Part shown: one piece after another, positions 38,295 through 47,965 of the stretch
Position numbering within the stretch: the stretch's first letter is position 1
Layout of the letters: each line of letters begins with the position of its first letter
Assembly: GCA_025808555.1 (NCBI GenBank)
Contig: CP075526.1
Coordinates: forward strand, 1,848,712 to 1,912,711
Reading direction: 5' to 3'
DNA: 64,000 bases
Source: Anaerolineales bacterium
GTDB taxonomy: Bacteria; Chloroflexota; Anaerolineae; Anaerolineales; UBA11579
Program-made: the position numbers and the translations under genes
The notes under the pieces: model-generated
What the model was told of the DNA's origin: nothing
Seen by the model: only the letters and a program-made list of their open reading frames with translations
Database searches by the model: none

Positions 38295-38600
38295 ATGGCA
38301 CGCCACAAACTGACCGACGGACGCGGCGGAGCTGCCCTTGCCATTCGGGTGACCCCGCGGGCCAGCCGCAACGAGATCGTCGAGATCCTGCCTGACCACA
38401 CGATCAAGATCCGCTTGACGGCCCCGCCAGTGGATGGCAAGGCCAATGAGGCGTTGATCGATTTTCTTTCCAAAGTGCTATCTGTCCCCAGATCGCGCAT
38501 TGAGATCGTTGCCGGCCAAACCGGGCGCGACAAACTCGTCACCATTATTGACATGGATAGCAGCGAAGCCCAGGATCTAATTCTCAAACAGTTGGAATAG
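38295..38600 (+). CDS. DUF167 (YggU) family protein
   Basis: 101 aa. The sequence LAIRVTPRASRNEIVEI ... IRLTAPPVDGKANEALIDFLSKVL is the canonical DUF167 pattern. Confidence 0.85.
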   Translation: MARHKLTDGRGGAALAIRVTPRASRNEIVEILPDHTIKIRLTAPPVDGKANEALIDFLSKVLSVPRSRIEIVAGQTGRDKLVTIIDMDSSEAQDLILKQLE

Positions 38601-39299
38601 CTAACCGTACAAGATGCGCTTGCAGTTATCGCAGCGCGTCAGCTCCTCGGCAGAACGGGCCGCCTGGGCACGCGCCGCCGAGAGCTCGGCCCCGCAGGCG
38701 GAGCAGGTGCCGCCTTGCACTTTGGCTACCGCAGTGCCCGCCTTGCTGCCGCGCAAGGCGGTGTATGTTTCCATGTCTGCGGCAGTTACTGCTCCAGCGG
38801 CGGTTTCGCGCTCTGTGCGCAGGCGCTCGCTCTGTTGGCGCAGTTCAGTTTGTTCAGCAAACAAGGCCTTGTGCTCGCCAGCCAGTTTCGCTTCCACTTC
38901 TGCCAACGCCGAGTCCGCGAGGGCCTTGCTGGCTTGTTGCTGCTCGTGAGCGGCCATTGCTTCCAACTGAACATCTTCCAGCTCGCTTAGACGGCGAGCC
39001 AGACTCTCAGATTCCATTTGCAGGTCTTGCAATTCTTTGGGGTTGGTGACCGAGCCGCCGTAAAGGCTGGCCTGGTTCTGCTCGATGCGTTTTTGTTGAG
39101 CAGCCACCTCTTCTTCGGCGGCACGCAGCGCGGTATGGGCGGTATGCAACGCGGCCTGAGCCTGCTGCTGCGCCTGGCTGGCTGCCTGGTGAGCTTGATT
39201 GTCACCTAGAATGCGCTCGATCTCGGTCAGACGCGCCGCGGCTTGGTCCAGCTTGGTGTCTGCTTGCTGCAAACGATACAGGGAGAAGGCGCGGCTCAT
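38601..39299 (-). CDS. Zinc-ribbon / coiled-coil protein (COG1579-like, C4-type)
   Basis: 232 aa. A long Ala/Gln/Glu-rich coiled coil is followed by the C-terminal C4 ribbon CSACGAELS ... CDNCKRILY. Its stop codon directly abuts the DUF167 stop. Confidence 0.7.
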   Translation of the reverse strand: MSRAFSLYRLQQADTKLDQAAARLTEIERILGDNQAHQAASQAQQQAQAALHTAHTALRAAEEEVAAQQKRIEQNQASLYGGSVTNPKELQDLQMESESLARRLSELEDVQLEAMAAHEQQQASKALADSALAEVEAKLAGEHKALFAEQTELRQQSERLRTERETAAGAVTAADMETYTALRGSKAGTAVAKVQGGTCSACGAELSAARAQAARSAEELTRCDNCKRILYG

Positions 39300-39344
39300 G
39301 CATTGATTATAAGGTAGCCAGGTGGGGCTTTGCTAAAATACAGC

Positions 39345-40829
39345 ATGCGCCGCCAGCTGCCTATTGTACTTTTGGTATTTGTGTTCCTTTTGCTGCAATC
39401 GCTGCCTTTTTTTTCGGCCCAAGTTGCTGCCGATGCGCAGCATCAGTTTGCCGGCTTTCTACTCAATCCAACCGATGGGTTCAGCTACTTGGCCAAAATA
39501 CGCCAGGGCTTCGATGGGCAGTGGAGTTTTGTGATGCCCTATACGGCTCAACCTGGCGAGGGCGCGGCAATCAATCTGTATTACTTATTTCTGGGGCATG
39601 TGGCTCGCTGGGCGGGTTTGGGTCTGGCTTTCACGCTGAACGCGGCGCGTATCGTTGGTGCGGCGGCGCTGTGTGCAGCGCTGTATCGGCTTATCGTCGC
39701 TACCCCGCCCGAGCGGCTCCGTCTGTGGGTATTTGGCTTGGCTCTGTTTGGTTCCGGGGTGGGTTGGTTGGCGGTGCTATTTGGTGGCTTCACAAGTGAC
39801 TTCTGGGTGGCCGAGGCCTATCCGTTCTTGGCCGCGCTGGCCAATGCACACTTCCCGCTAGGGCTCGCTTTGCAGATCTATCTGCTCACACCCGTCGCAA
39901 CCCCGCGGCCGGTTGCCTGGGCGCTGACATCCCTTGCCTTGGTAATGGTCTACCCGTTTGGCTGGGCAGTGGCCGTGGTGGTACTGCTAGGTACGGCGGC
40001 GCTGGCGCAGCTGTGGGAGCAGGCAGCCCGCAGCCGCTGGCAGCAGGCCGCTTGCGTGCTGGTGGCCGGCGCGCCGTATGCACTGTATACATTGTGGGTG
40101 GTGAGTACGCATCCAGTGCTGACCGGCTGGAGCGCGCAGAACCTCACCCCCGCCATGCCCCTCTGGGATTTTGTAGTTTCGTTCTCGCCCGCGCTTTTGC
40201 TGGCCGTGCCGGGCATCTATCTCGCATTCAAACAACGCAGTATTAACCTGGGCCTGTTCGCAGTGTGGGGCATCGCCTGTTTTGTGCTCTTGTATATGCC
40301 CTTTGGCCTGCAGCGCCGTTTGATCAGCGGCATGTATGTTCCGCTGACTGCTTTGGCCGTTGTGGCTGCCGCACACATTTTCGGTTCACGTTTGAAGCTT
40401 GGCTTGACCGCCTTGGCTTTGCTGGCCTTGCCTACGAACTTGCTCGTGTTGCTGGGCATGGCGCAGGCAGTGCAACAGCAGCAGCCTGCGCTGTATCTCC
40501 AAGCAGATGAGCTGGCAGCCTATGCGTGGCTCGATGAGCACGCCGCGCCGGGCGCCTTGGTCTTGGCGCCGGAGCGCAACAGCTTGCATCTGCCCGCGTT
40601 TGCGGATGTGCGCGTCTGGTATGGGCATCCCTTTGAAACTGTGCAGGCATCCCAGCGCCAGGCGGAGGTGCAAGCTTTCTTCGAACAACCATCCGGCGAT
40701 TGGCTGACTGAATGGAAAGTGGAATACGTGCTATTGAATAGCGCCAGCGAGTTTACGAACTCCATCGAAGGCTGGGGCAGCGTGTTCAGTCAGAACAGTA
40801 TAGAGATCTTGGCACGGCATGGGCAATAG
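39345..40829 (+). CDS. Polytopic membrane protein, putative GT-C-like (block 2, member G; paralog of member I)
   Basis: I take the ATG at 39345; the track ORF begins at a TTG at 39330. About 494 aa with more than 10 TM helices. The N-terminal loop FAGFLLNPTDGFSYLAKIRQGFDGQW aligns with member I. Confidence 0.55.
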   Translation: MRRQLPIVLLVFVFLLLQSLPFFSAQVAADAQHQFAGFLLNPTDGFSYLAKIRQGFDGQWSFVMPYTAQPGEGAAINLYYLFLGHVARWAGLGLAFTLNAARIVGAAALCAALYRLIVATPPERLRLWVFGLALFGSGVGWLAVLFGGFTSDFWVAEAYPFLAALANAHFPLGLALQIYLLTPVATPRPVAWALTSLALVMVYPFGWAVAVVVLLGTAALAQLWEQAARSRWQQAACVLVAGAPYALYTLWVVSTHPVLTGWSAQNLTPAMPLWDFVVSFSPALLLAVPGIYLAFKQRSINLGLFAVWGIACFVLLYMPFGLQRRLISGMYVPLTALAVVAAAHIFGSRLKLGLTALALLALPTNLLVLLGMAQAVQQQQPALYLQADELAAYAWLDEHAAPGALVLAPERNSLHLPAFADVRVWYGHPFETVQASQRQAEVQAFFEQPSGDWLTEWKVEYVLLNSASEFTNSIEGWGSVFSQNSIEILARHGQ

Positions 40830-42807
40830 ACTGCGGGCCTGCCTGGCGGAGTACTGGCCCTTCATGCTGCCCGTGCTCCTCTTGCTGCCTGGCCTGAGCG
40901 GCTTCATCTATCCCGGCTCCGGCGCGCTTTTCTCGGATATGGCCGTGACACATTATCCCAACGCGTTGTTCCTGCAGCGCGCCGTGGGTCACAGCGAAGT
41001 GCCCTTGTGGTCTCCGCAAATATTGTCTGGCTTTCCATTTGTTGCTCATCCGTATTCGGGCTTTTGGTATCCGCCATATTGGCTGGTGCTGCTGTTCCCC
41101 TTGCCATTGGGGCTCAACCTTGTGCTCGCCGTACACATCTTGCTCGCTGGCGTAGGCATGTATTGCTTTCTGTGCCAGCGAGGCTTTGCGCGCCAAGCCG
41201 CCATGATCGGCGGCCTGGCTTTTCAGGCTGCGCCGCGGCTTTTTGGCCATGTGGGTGCCGGGCATGTGATGCTGGTGATGGCCGTATGCCTGACGCCCTG
41301 GCTGTTGTGGGCCAGCGGGCAGCGCCGCCTGCCGGCCGCAATGCTACTGGCCCTGATCGCCGCAGCAGACCCGCGCTGGGCGCTGTACGCCGCGGTCCTG
41401 TGGGGCGCATGGCTACTGTGGCAGCGACGTGTACGCCATTTGGTGGAGCAAGCTGCCTTGGCAAGCTTGCTGGCCCTGCCCGCGCTGTGGCTGTATTGGC
41501 AATACGGCCAACTCTCGACCCGCGCCAGCCTCAGCGCAGCCGAAATATTGGAGCTCTCGCTGCCGCCTGCGAGCCTGCTGGGCTTGCTGCTGCCGCAATG
41601 GGGTGGAGCGCATGAATGGATTGTGTACTCAGGCATTGTGCTGCTCCTGCTGGTGCTTGTGGCACATCCCTGGCAGCCAAAGACACGCTTTTGGTTTGCG
41701 GTGATAGTGGCTTGCCTGCTCATTGCACTGGGCAGCCATATCCCTGGTGCGGATCGGCTGGCCGGGTTGCCCGGCTTCTCGCAACTGCGCATCCCGACGC
41801 GCGCTTTGTTGTTGGCTGCGTTTGCGTGGGCGGTGCTGTCCGCCGCCGCGATCCAGCAACTGACCCTGAGTGGTGCACCCCGTCGTGGGTTGCGCTTGCT
41901 ACATGCCGGCGTGTTCGCACTGTTGCTCGCTATTGGCGTGCTGGCCTGGCTGCAAGACGCCCCGCTGTGGCGGCCAGCCTTGTTTGCCGCCGTGCTCACG
42001 GCGGCAGCCTGGCTGGCGCACGAGCGATTGGCGGGCCAACGCCTGACGCTTGTGCTCGGCGGGCTGCTGCTGGCTGACCTGCTCATCGCCTCTGCCAGCT
42101 TGCTGCGCTTCCGGCCGGCGGATGATGTGCTGGCCGAAGGCAGCCACGTGGCCGGGTTCCTCGCTGTGGATGAGGAACCCTTCCGCGTCTATTCGCCAGA
42201 CTACAGCCTACCGCAGCAAACCGCTGCGTTCTACGGCGTGGAGCTTGCCAGCGGGGTGGATCCGCTGCAACTGCAAAGTTACGTTAGCTTCCTTGCCACC
42301 GCAGGAGGCTATCCAGACGAGGGATACAGCGTGGTGCAACCACCGTTGAATGCAAATATTGATTTGGATATTGCGCTGCTAAGCCAGCTCAATGTCAAAT
42401 ACATTGTTTCGGCCCAGCCTGTGTCTGCTGATGGTCTTGGGCAGGTGCAAGTTGAGCCCTATATCTATTTCAACCCCGCGTACCGGCCACGCGCCTGGGT
42501 GGAGCAAGGCGGCGTGGCGCAGCCCGCCACCGTGCTGGATGCGCAGGCCAACCGGATGACGGTGCATGCGTATGGACCCGGCCTGTTGATCCTGGCTGAA
42601 GTGCAGTATCCCGGCTGGCGTTTGTTTGTGGACAGGCAGCCAGCTGAATTCGCCTCGTCTGACGGCCCGTTGCGTACAGTGGCTTTGCCCGACGGCGAGC
42701 ATGAGATCGTACTGCACTTCATGCCGGATGCGCTGCGTTTCGGCGTGCCGATCGCCGCACTGGCTTGGCTGGCATGCATTGGTATCTTGGTGCGGAGGCG
42801 CGCATGA
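40819..42807 (+). CDS. YfhO-like GT-C family membrane protein (block 2, member H)
   Basis: 662 aa. The N-terminal pattern EVPLWSPQILSGFPFVAHPYSGFWYPPYWL and the C-terminal pattern YPGWRLFVDRQPA resemble the YfhO family. It overlaps the end of member G by 11 nt. Confidence 0.65.
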   Translation: MGNRLRACLAEYWPFMLPVLLLLPGLSGFIYPGSGALFSDMAVTHYPNALFLQRAVGHSEVPLWSPQILSGFPFVAHPYSGFWYPPYWLVLLFPLPLGLNLVLAVHILLAGVGMYCFLCQRGFARQAAMIGGLAFQAAPRLFGHVGAGHVMLVMAVCLTPWLLWASGQRRLPAAMLLALIAAADPRWALYAAVLWGAWLLWQRRVRHLVEQAALASLLALPALWLYWQYGQLSTRASLSAAEILELSLPPASLLGLLLPQWGGAHEWIVYSGIVLLLLVLVAHPWQPKTRFWFAVIVACLLIALGSHIPGADRLAGLPGFSQLRIPTRALLLAAFAWAVLSAAAIQQLTLSGAPRRGLRLLHAGVFALLLAIGVLAWLQDAPLWRPALFAAVLTAAAWLAHERLAGQRLTLVLGGLLLADLLIASASLLRFRPADDVLAEGSHVAGFLAVDEEPFRVYSPDYSLPQQTAAFYGVELASGVDPLQLQSYVSFLATAGGYPDEGYSVVQPPLNANIDLDIALLSQLNVKYIVSAQPVSADGLGQVQVEPYIYFNPAYRPRAWVEQGGVAQPATVLDAQANRMTVHAYGPGLLILAEVQYPGWRLFVDRQPAEFASSDGPLRTVALPDGEHEIVLHFMPDALRFGVPIAALAWLACIGILVRRRA

Positions 42808-44345
42808 GCGCCGCGGAGCGCCGCTGGGCGCTGGGCTTCGCCGCCTTTGTGGCGGCGCTGACCAGCCTCCCCTATCTGCTTGCCTTGCTTCCTCAGCCGC
42901 ATACTTTTACTGGCTTCCTGATCGGCGTGGAGGATGGCAACTCGTACATCGCCAAGATGCTGCAGGGCGCGGTCGGCGACTGGCTGTTTCACAGCCCTTA
43001 TAGTACGCAGCCGCAAGTTGGCGCGCTGCTGTATCTGCCATACATCGTGTTGGGCAAGCTGCTGGGTTTGGGGGCCAGCCATCTGGCCTACGTGATCGCG
43101 TTCCATCTCTTTCGCATCCTCAGCATCGGCCTCTTGTGCTTTGCGCTGTATGCCTTTCTGGCAGAGTTTGTAAGCAGCCAGCCGCTGCGTCGCCTTGGCA
43201 CGGCGTTGGCCTTGCTGGGCGGCGGACTGGGCTGGGTACTGCTGCTGTTTGGCCGCAGCGAGATGTTTGGCTCCATGCCGCTGGATTTTTATTCGCCAGA
43301 GACATTCGGCTATCTGGCGGTGTTTGGGTTGCCGCACCTCGTGCTGGCGCGGGCGCTGTTGTTGTATGGCTTGCTTGGCGTGTTGCGCGGAGAGTCTGCC
43401 CGCCATGTGACAATGTTGTGGCTGGCGATGGCGTTGGTGCACTTGCTGACGGCTGCGTTGGGCTTGGTGCTGCTGGCTCTGTATTGTGCGGCGCTGTGGC
43501 TGCGGCATGTGCCAGGCTGGCAAGCCCAATTACGCTCGGTCGTGTGGGCTGTGGCCGGGGCAGCCATCCCGCTGGCCTACAACGCCTGGGCTTATGCAAG
43601 CGACCCGTATTTGCGTGCCTGGGCTAACCAAAACCTGATCCTGGCTCCGCATCCTGCGCATTATTTGCTGGCTTACGGCTGGCTGCTGCCGTTTGCGTAT
43701 CTGGGCTGGCGTGCATTGCGCGCTCGGCCAAATCTTGCAACCCTGAGCGAGGTTTGGCTCCTGGCATTGCCAGTGCTGCTATACCTGCCGGTGGGTTTGC
43801 AGCGCCGCTTTGCGGAGGGTGCCTGGGTGCTACTGCTGGCGTTGACGCTGCGCTATCTGGAGACACGGCCGGCGGCCCAGATACGCCGCGGCGCCTGGCT
43901 GTTCGTGTTGGCGCTGCCGAGCACGCTGCTGTTGTGGTGGGGCGCTATGCAGGCCGCGCTGCATCCGGCCACTCCTGCGTTCCGTCCCGCGGATGAAGTA
44001 TCCATATTCGAAACTTTGCGAACGCGGCCAGATGCGCGCGGCGCGATCGCCCTCGCTGGCTACGACACGGGCAATGCGCTGCCAGCCTGGGTGCCGGTGC
44101 GAGTGATGATTGGCCACGGGCCGGAGACCGTGGGGCTGGAGGCGTTGGGTGCGGAAGTGTTCGCTTTTTACGCCATCGAAATGACGGACAATGAGCGCCT
44201 GGCCTTTTTGCGCCAGCACAGGGTGGATTATGTTGTGTGGGGGCCGGAGCAGGTTGCCTTGCGCCGCTGGTTCCCAAGTTCCGCCCCCTTTATGCAAACG
44301 GTTGCCGTGTATGGTCTCTATGAACTCCTGCGTGTGCTCCCTTAG
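42804..44345 (+). CDS. Polytopic membrane protein, putative GT-C-like (block 2, member I; paralog of member G)
   Basis: I take the ATG at 42804, which overlaps the member H stop (ATGA); the track ORF starts at 42765. 513 aa with the loop motif FTGFLIGVEDGNSYIAKMLQGAVGDW. Confidence 0.55.
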   Translation: MSAAERRWALGFAAFVAALTSLPYLLALLPQPHTFTGFLIGVEDGNSYIAKMLQGAVGDWLFHSPYSTQPQVGALLYLPYIVLGKLLGLGASHLAYVIAFHLFRILSIGLLCFALYAFLAEFVSSQPLRRLGTALALLGGGLGWVLLLFGRSEMFGSMPLDFYSPETFGYLAVFGLPHLVLARALLLYGLLGVLRGESARHVTMLWLAMALVHLLTAALGLVLLALYCAALWLRHVPGWQAQLRSVVWAVAGAAIPLAYNAWAYASDPYLRAWANQNLILAPHPAHYLLAYGWLLPFAYLGWRALRARPNLATLSEVWLLALPVLLYLPVGLQRRFAEGAWVLLLALTLRYLETRPAAQIRRGAWLFVLALPSTLLLWWGAMQAALHPATPAFRPADEVSIFETLRTRPDARGAIALAGYDTGNALPAWVPVRVMIGHGPETVGLEALGAEVFAFYAIEMTDNERLAFLRQHRVDYVVWGPEQVALRRWFPSSAPFMQTVAVYGLYELLRVLP

Positions 44346-44354
44346 AATACGCTT

Positions 44355-46535
44355 GTGAGCTTAGCGAAGCGATTCTCCCCGCAGGTTCTGATTTGGCTTG
44401 CTCCGTTTGTATTGCTCACCCCGGTGTGGTTGAGCGGGCAAGCCTTGTACTGGGGCACGCCTTCGACCCAGTTTGTGCCATGGTGGTGGCAAGCTTGGCG
44501 TACGTTGCTGGGCGGCGAGTTGCCGCTGTGGAACCCGCTGCTGGGCATGGGCGCGCCGCTGGTGGCTAATTACCAATCGGCCTTGTTCTATCCGCCGCAT
44601 TGGTTGTATTTCGTGCTGGCGGCGGTCGGCGGACTGCCGCTGATGGCCTGGGGCCAGGCGCTGCTGGTGGCGGCCCACCTGGGTCTGGCTGGCGCCGGCA
44701 TGCTGCGGTTGCTGCGCGTTCTGGGGGCGAGCGTGCAAGGCCAACTGGTGGGTGCACTGGCATTCTCGCTGTCGGGCTATTTGGTGACGCGGGCGCACTT
44801 TCTCAGCATCAATGCCAGCTTGGCCTGGCTGCCGTGGATCCTGCTGGCCATGTATCGGTTGGCGCAGGCGCCTGGCCGTGGCACTGTATTGCGCTTGGCT
44901 GCACTGCTGGCCTTGCAGTGGCTGGCGGGCCACGCGCAAATGGCCTGGTATACGGCGCTGCTGGCCGGCGCCTGGCTGCTGTTCTGGGTCTGGCCATCCG
45001 GCGAGCGTTGGCGGGCGCTGGCCGGCTTTGTGGCCGCCGGCGCATTGGCGCTGGCGCTGAGCGCGGTGCAGCTGTTGCCCACGGCGGAATATCTGCTGCA
45101 GTCGCAGCGCGCCAGCCAAGTGGACCCCGCGCTGGCGATGACGTATTCGCTGTGGCCGTGGCGTTTGCTGACTCTGCTGGCGCCGCACTTGTTCGGCTCG
45201 CCGGCGGGCGGTGACTTTGCTGGCTACGGAAACTTTTGGGAAGATGCGATCTATATTGGCGTGCTGCCCTTGCTGCTGGCCGTGCTGGCGCTGAGGAAAG
45301 CGCAGCCGCGCCGGCTGGTGTGGTTCCTGCTGGGCGTGGTGGCCGTGTCCTTGTTGCTGGCGCTGGGCAAGAATACGCCGGTCTTCTCCTGGTTGTTCGC
45401 GCATATCCCTACCTTTGATATGTTCCAAGGCCCGACGCGCTTCAGCCTGTGGACGGTGCTGGCGCTCAGCCTGCTGACTGGGCTGGGCGTAGAGCGCTGG
45501 CGCGCTGCGCAAGGGAGTTCGCCCCAAGGGCGTGGCCTGTACTGGAGCCGGCTGGCGGTGGCAGGTGCGGTGGCCGTGATGGCCGGCGGGGTGGTGGGCA
45601 TGTTGTTGCGCACAGACCCGCGTTTCGAGATAGCAGCCAGCTACTCGCGGGCCGTTTGGCTGCTTGGCCTGACCTTGCTTGCAGTGAGTTTGCTCAACTT
45701 GCGCGGCTGGCAGTTCGCGCAAGGCAAGCGCACCTGGCTGCTGGGCATATTTGTGGCCGGCGAGCTGCTGGTGGCGGGCTGGGGGCAAAACCCAGGCGCA
45801 CCTCTGGCCTTGTATGCTGAACAGCCCATGCACGCAGATCTGCAAACTCAGCTTGATGGCGGGCGGCTGTATATGCCGGCGGAGGATGAGCGCGCGCTGA
45901 AGTTCGAGCATCTGTTTCGCTTTGATACCTTCCATAGTGCTGACCCGCTGGACGTGCGCGCCGGCTTGTTGCCAAATACCAGCCTGCTGGAAGGTTTGCC
46001 GAGCGCCAACAACTTTGACCCGCTGCTGCCGGCGCGCTACACGGCCTGGATCGAGGCACTGGAGAACGCAGATCCGGAGACGCGGGCCAGCATGCTGACT
46101 TTGATGAACGTGAGCGTGTTGCAGCATGTGCTGCCGGATGGGCAAGGGCGCTTTGAGAGCGTGCCAGCTTTGCCGCGTGTCCAGTTGTACGCTTGCCAGC
46201 CGCCTGTGGCGCTGGCCGCCGAGCTGCCCGCCTGCCCGCTGGCTGGCGAGGCCAACATCGTGCAAAGCAGCGCCAACCGCGTGCGCATCCGGGTGGATGT
46301 GGCGCAGGGCGGCTGGCTGCTGCTGGCCGATACGTATTACCCCGGCTGGCACGCCGAGATTGACAGCGTGCCAGCCGATATTCAGCCAGCCTATGGCGTG
46401 TTCCGTGCTGTGCAAGTGCCAGCCGGTGTACATCAGGTTGAGTTTGTGTATCGGCCCCTCTCTTTTACTATTGGCCAGGTCAGCACGTTGCTGACCTGGC
46501 CGTTGTGGTTGGTTGCATGGCGGCGCAGCCTATGA
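44355..46535 (+). CDS. YfhO-like GT-C family membrane protein (block 2, member J; paralog of member H)
   Basis: 726 aa with a GTG start. The N-terminal pattern is ELPLWNPLLGMGAPLVANYQSALFYPPHWL and the C-terminal pattern is YYPGWHAEIDSVPA. Confidence 0.7.
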   Translation: MSLAKRFSPQVLIWLAPFVLLTPVWLSGQALYWGTPSTQFVPWWWQAWRTLLGGELPLWNPLLGMGAPLVANYQSALFYPPHWLYFVLAAVGGLPLMAWGQALLVAAHLGLAGAGMLRLLRVLGASVQGQLVGALAFSLSGYLVTRAHFLSINASLAWLPWILLAMYRLAQAPGRGTVLRLAALLALQWLAGHAQMAWYTALLAGAWLLFWVWPSGERWRALAGFVAAGALALALSAVQLLPTAEYLLQSQRASQVDPALAMTYSLWPWRLLTLLAPHLFGSPAGGDFAGYGNFWEDAIYIGVLPLLLAVLALRKAQPRRLVWFLLGVVAVSLLLALGKNTPVFSWLFAHIPTFDMFQGPTRFSLWTVLALSLLTGLGVERWRAAQGSSPQGRGLYWSRLAVAGAVAVMAGGVVGMLLRTDPRFEIAASYSRAVWLLGLTLLAVSLLNLRGWQFAQGKRTWLLGIFVAGELLVAGWGQNPGAPLALYAEQPMHADLQTQLDGGRLYMPAEDERALKFEHLFRFDTFHSADPLDVRAGLLPNTSLLEGLPSANNFDPLLPARYTAWIEALENADPETRASMLTLMNVSVLQHVLPDGQGRFESVPALPRVQLYACQPPVALAAELPACPLAGEANIVQSSANRVRIRVDVAQGGWLLLADTYYPGWHAEIDSVPADIQPAYGVFRAVQVPAGVHQVEFVYRPLSFTIGQVSTLLTWPLWLVAWRRSL

Positions 46536-47629
46536 GCCTGCGCCGCCTGCTTTCGCCGACGCTGGTGACCCTGCTGGCGGCGCTGCTGGTGCTGGGTGCA
46601 GTGCTGGCCCGGGCCGGCTGGGACGTGAATGAGCTCATCCGTCCCGGCACGCAGTTCACGCAGGGTGAACCAAATGGCAGCGAAGGCTACGATGGGCAGT
46701 TCTTCTATGCCATCGCTCGCTATGCGGATCCGCAGGAAGCGGCGCAGTATCTGGATGTGCCGGCCTACCGTTACCAGCGCATCCTGCTGCCGCTGCTGGC
46801 GCGCGGCGTAAGCTTTGGCAACCCCAGCCTGCTGGCCTGGATGCTGCCACTGGTGGCGCTGGTGGCGCATCTCGTCGGCGTTCAACTGCTGGGGCAGCTG
46901 TTGCAACGCTGGAGCCAAAGCCGCTGGTATGCGCTGGGCTACGGCCTGCTGCTGGGCTGCCTGCTCTCCATCCGTTTGGCGCTGCCCGAGACGCTGGCGT
47001 TTGCGCTGGTGATCGCGGCGGTGTGGTGCGAAGAGCGCGGGCGCACTCCACTCAATTGGTTGTTGCTCTCACTGGCCGTGTTCGCCAAGGAGACCGCGCT
47101 GCTGTTCGTGGCGGCGCAAGGGCTGAGCTACCTCTTCGCCCGTCGCTGGCGGGATGCGGCCGGCCTGGCGCTGGTGGTGGGCCTGCCACTGGCCGCGTTC
47201 AGGCTGTGGCTGCTGGGCCAGTTTGGCAGCCTGGGGTTCGGGTTGGGTGGGGCGAATGCGACTGGCCTGGAGTGGATACCCTTCGCGGGCTGGTGGCGCA
47301 TCGGCGAGTACAACCAAGTTTGGATGCTGGTAGTTGGCCTGCTGTATATGCCCACGATCTTTATGCCCACCTTGTGGGGCTTGTGGGCTGGGCTGCGTGC
47401 GTGGTTGCGCCAGCAGGCCGACTTTAGCGCGCTGGCGCTTTTGGCGCACGCGGCCATCTTTCCGTTCATGACGTTGGCTTTGTATATAGAGCCGTATGGG
47501 GCGGTGCGGCTGGCGGTGGGCCTGCAGCTGGCGGCGCTGCTGTTCGCCGGGCGGCATGGAGTGCGGCGGGTGCTTGCATACGGAGTGCTGTTCACGCTGA
47601 TGAGCCTGTGGCTGTTTGTGCCGGAATAG
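46532..47629 (+). CDS. Polytopic membrane protein of unknown function (block 2, member K)
   Basis: I take the ATG at 46532, which overlaps the member J stop (ATGA); alternative starts lie at 46505 and 46517. About 365 aa. It has the loop motif GYDGQFFYAIARYADP ... YRYQRILLPLLAR and about 9 TM helices. Confidence 0.55.
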   Translation: MSLRRLLSPTLVTLLAALLVLGAVLARAGWDVNELIRPGTQFTQGEPNGSEGYDGQFFYAIARYADPQEAAQYLDVPAYRYQRILLPLLARGVSFGNPSLLAWMLPLVALVAHLVGVQLLGQLLQRWSQSRWYALGYGLLLGCLLSIRLALPETLAFALVIAAVWCEERGRTPLNWLLLSLAVFAKETALLFVAAQGLSYLFARRWRDAAGLALVVGLPLAAFRLWLLGQFGSLGFGLGGANATGLEWIPFAGWWRIGEYNQVWMLVVGLLYMPTIFMPTLWGLWAGLRAWLRQQADFSALALLAHAAIFPFMTLALYIEPYGAVRLAVGLQLAALLFAGRHGVRRVLAYGVLFTLMSLWLFVPE

Positions 47630-47965
47630 TGCGCTGCTGCTTGACCGGACAGGAAGTTATTATGCGCGGCAGGGGGTGGGGGTTAAAACTTATAAGTAAC
47701 AACTTTAAGCCTGCGATCAAGTGGAATGTTAGAGAGGCGGGCAGGGCATATAAGGAAGATGTGTCCATAAGATCCCTCGCTAATTGTGGGTTCGTGTTGT
47801 CGATACCTGCTAGGAATGGCCGAGGCGAAGATGTTGTTCGTTTTGTGGGTGGGGGCATCCCGTGCAACTGAAAAGATATCTGGCGTTTAGCGCTCATTCG
47901 TGTGAGTTGGGTATATCCGACAATCAGAATGGGCTGCGAAAATGGATCCGATTGTCAAGGAAAGC

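Noticed and set aside
44361-46433. A 690-aa ORF on the minus strand, antisense to the YfhO-like gene J
   Set aside because: Its Gln/Arg/His/Pro-rich composition is the mirror image of a Leu/Ala/Trp-rich membrane protein, and it has no domain signatures. The sense-strand protein has clear family motifs and a paralog (member H).
47608-47871. An 87-aa ORF in the low-GC tract upstream of tRNA-Gln
   Set aside because: It has no RBS and starts inside the end of gene K. It overlaps an equally unconvincing minus-strand ORF, and its composition is unlike the rest of the proteome. The region is treated as non-coding (see findings).
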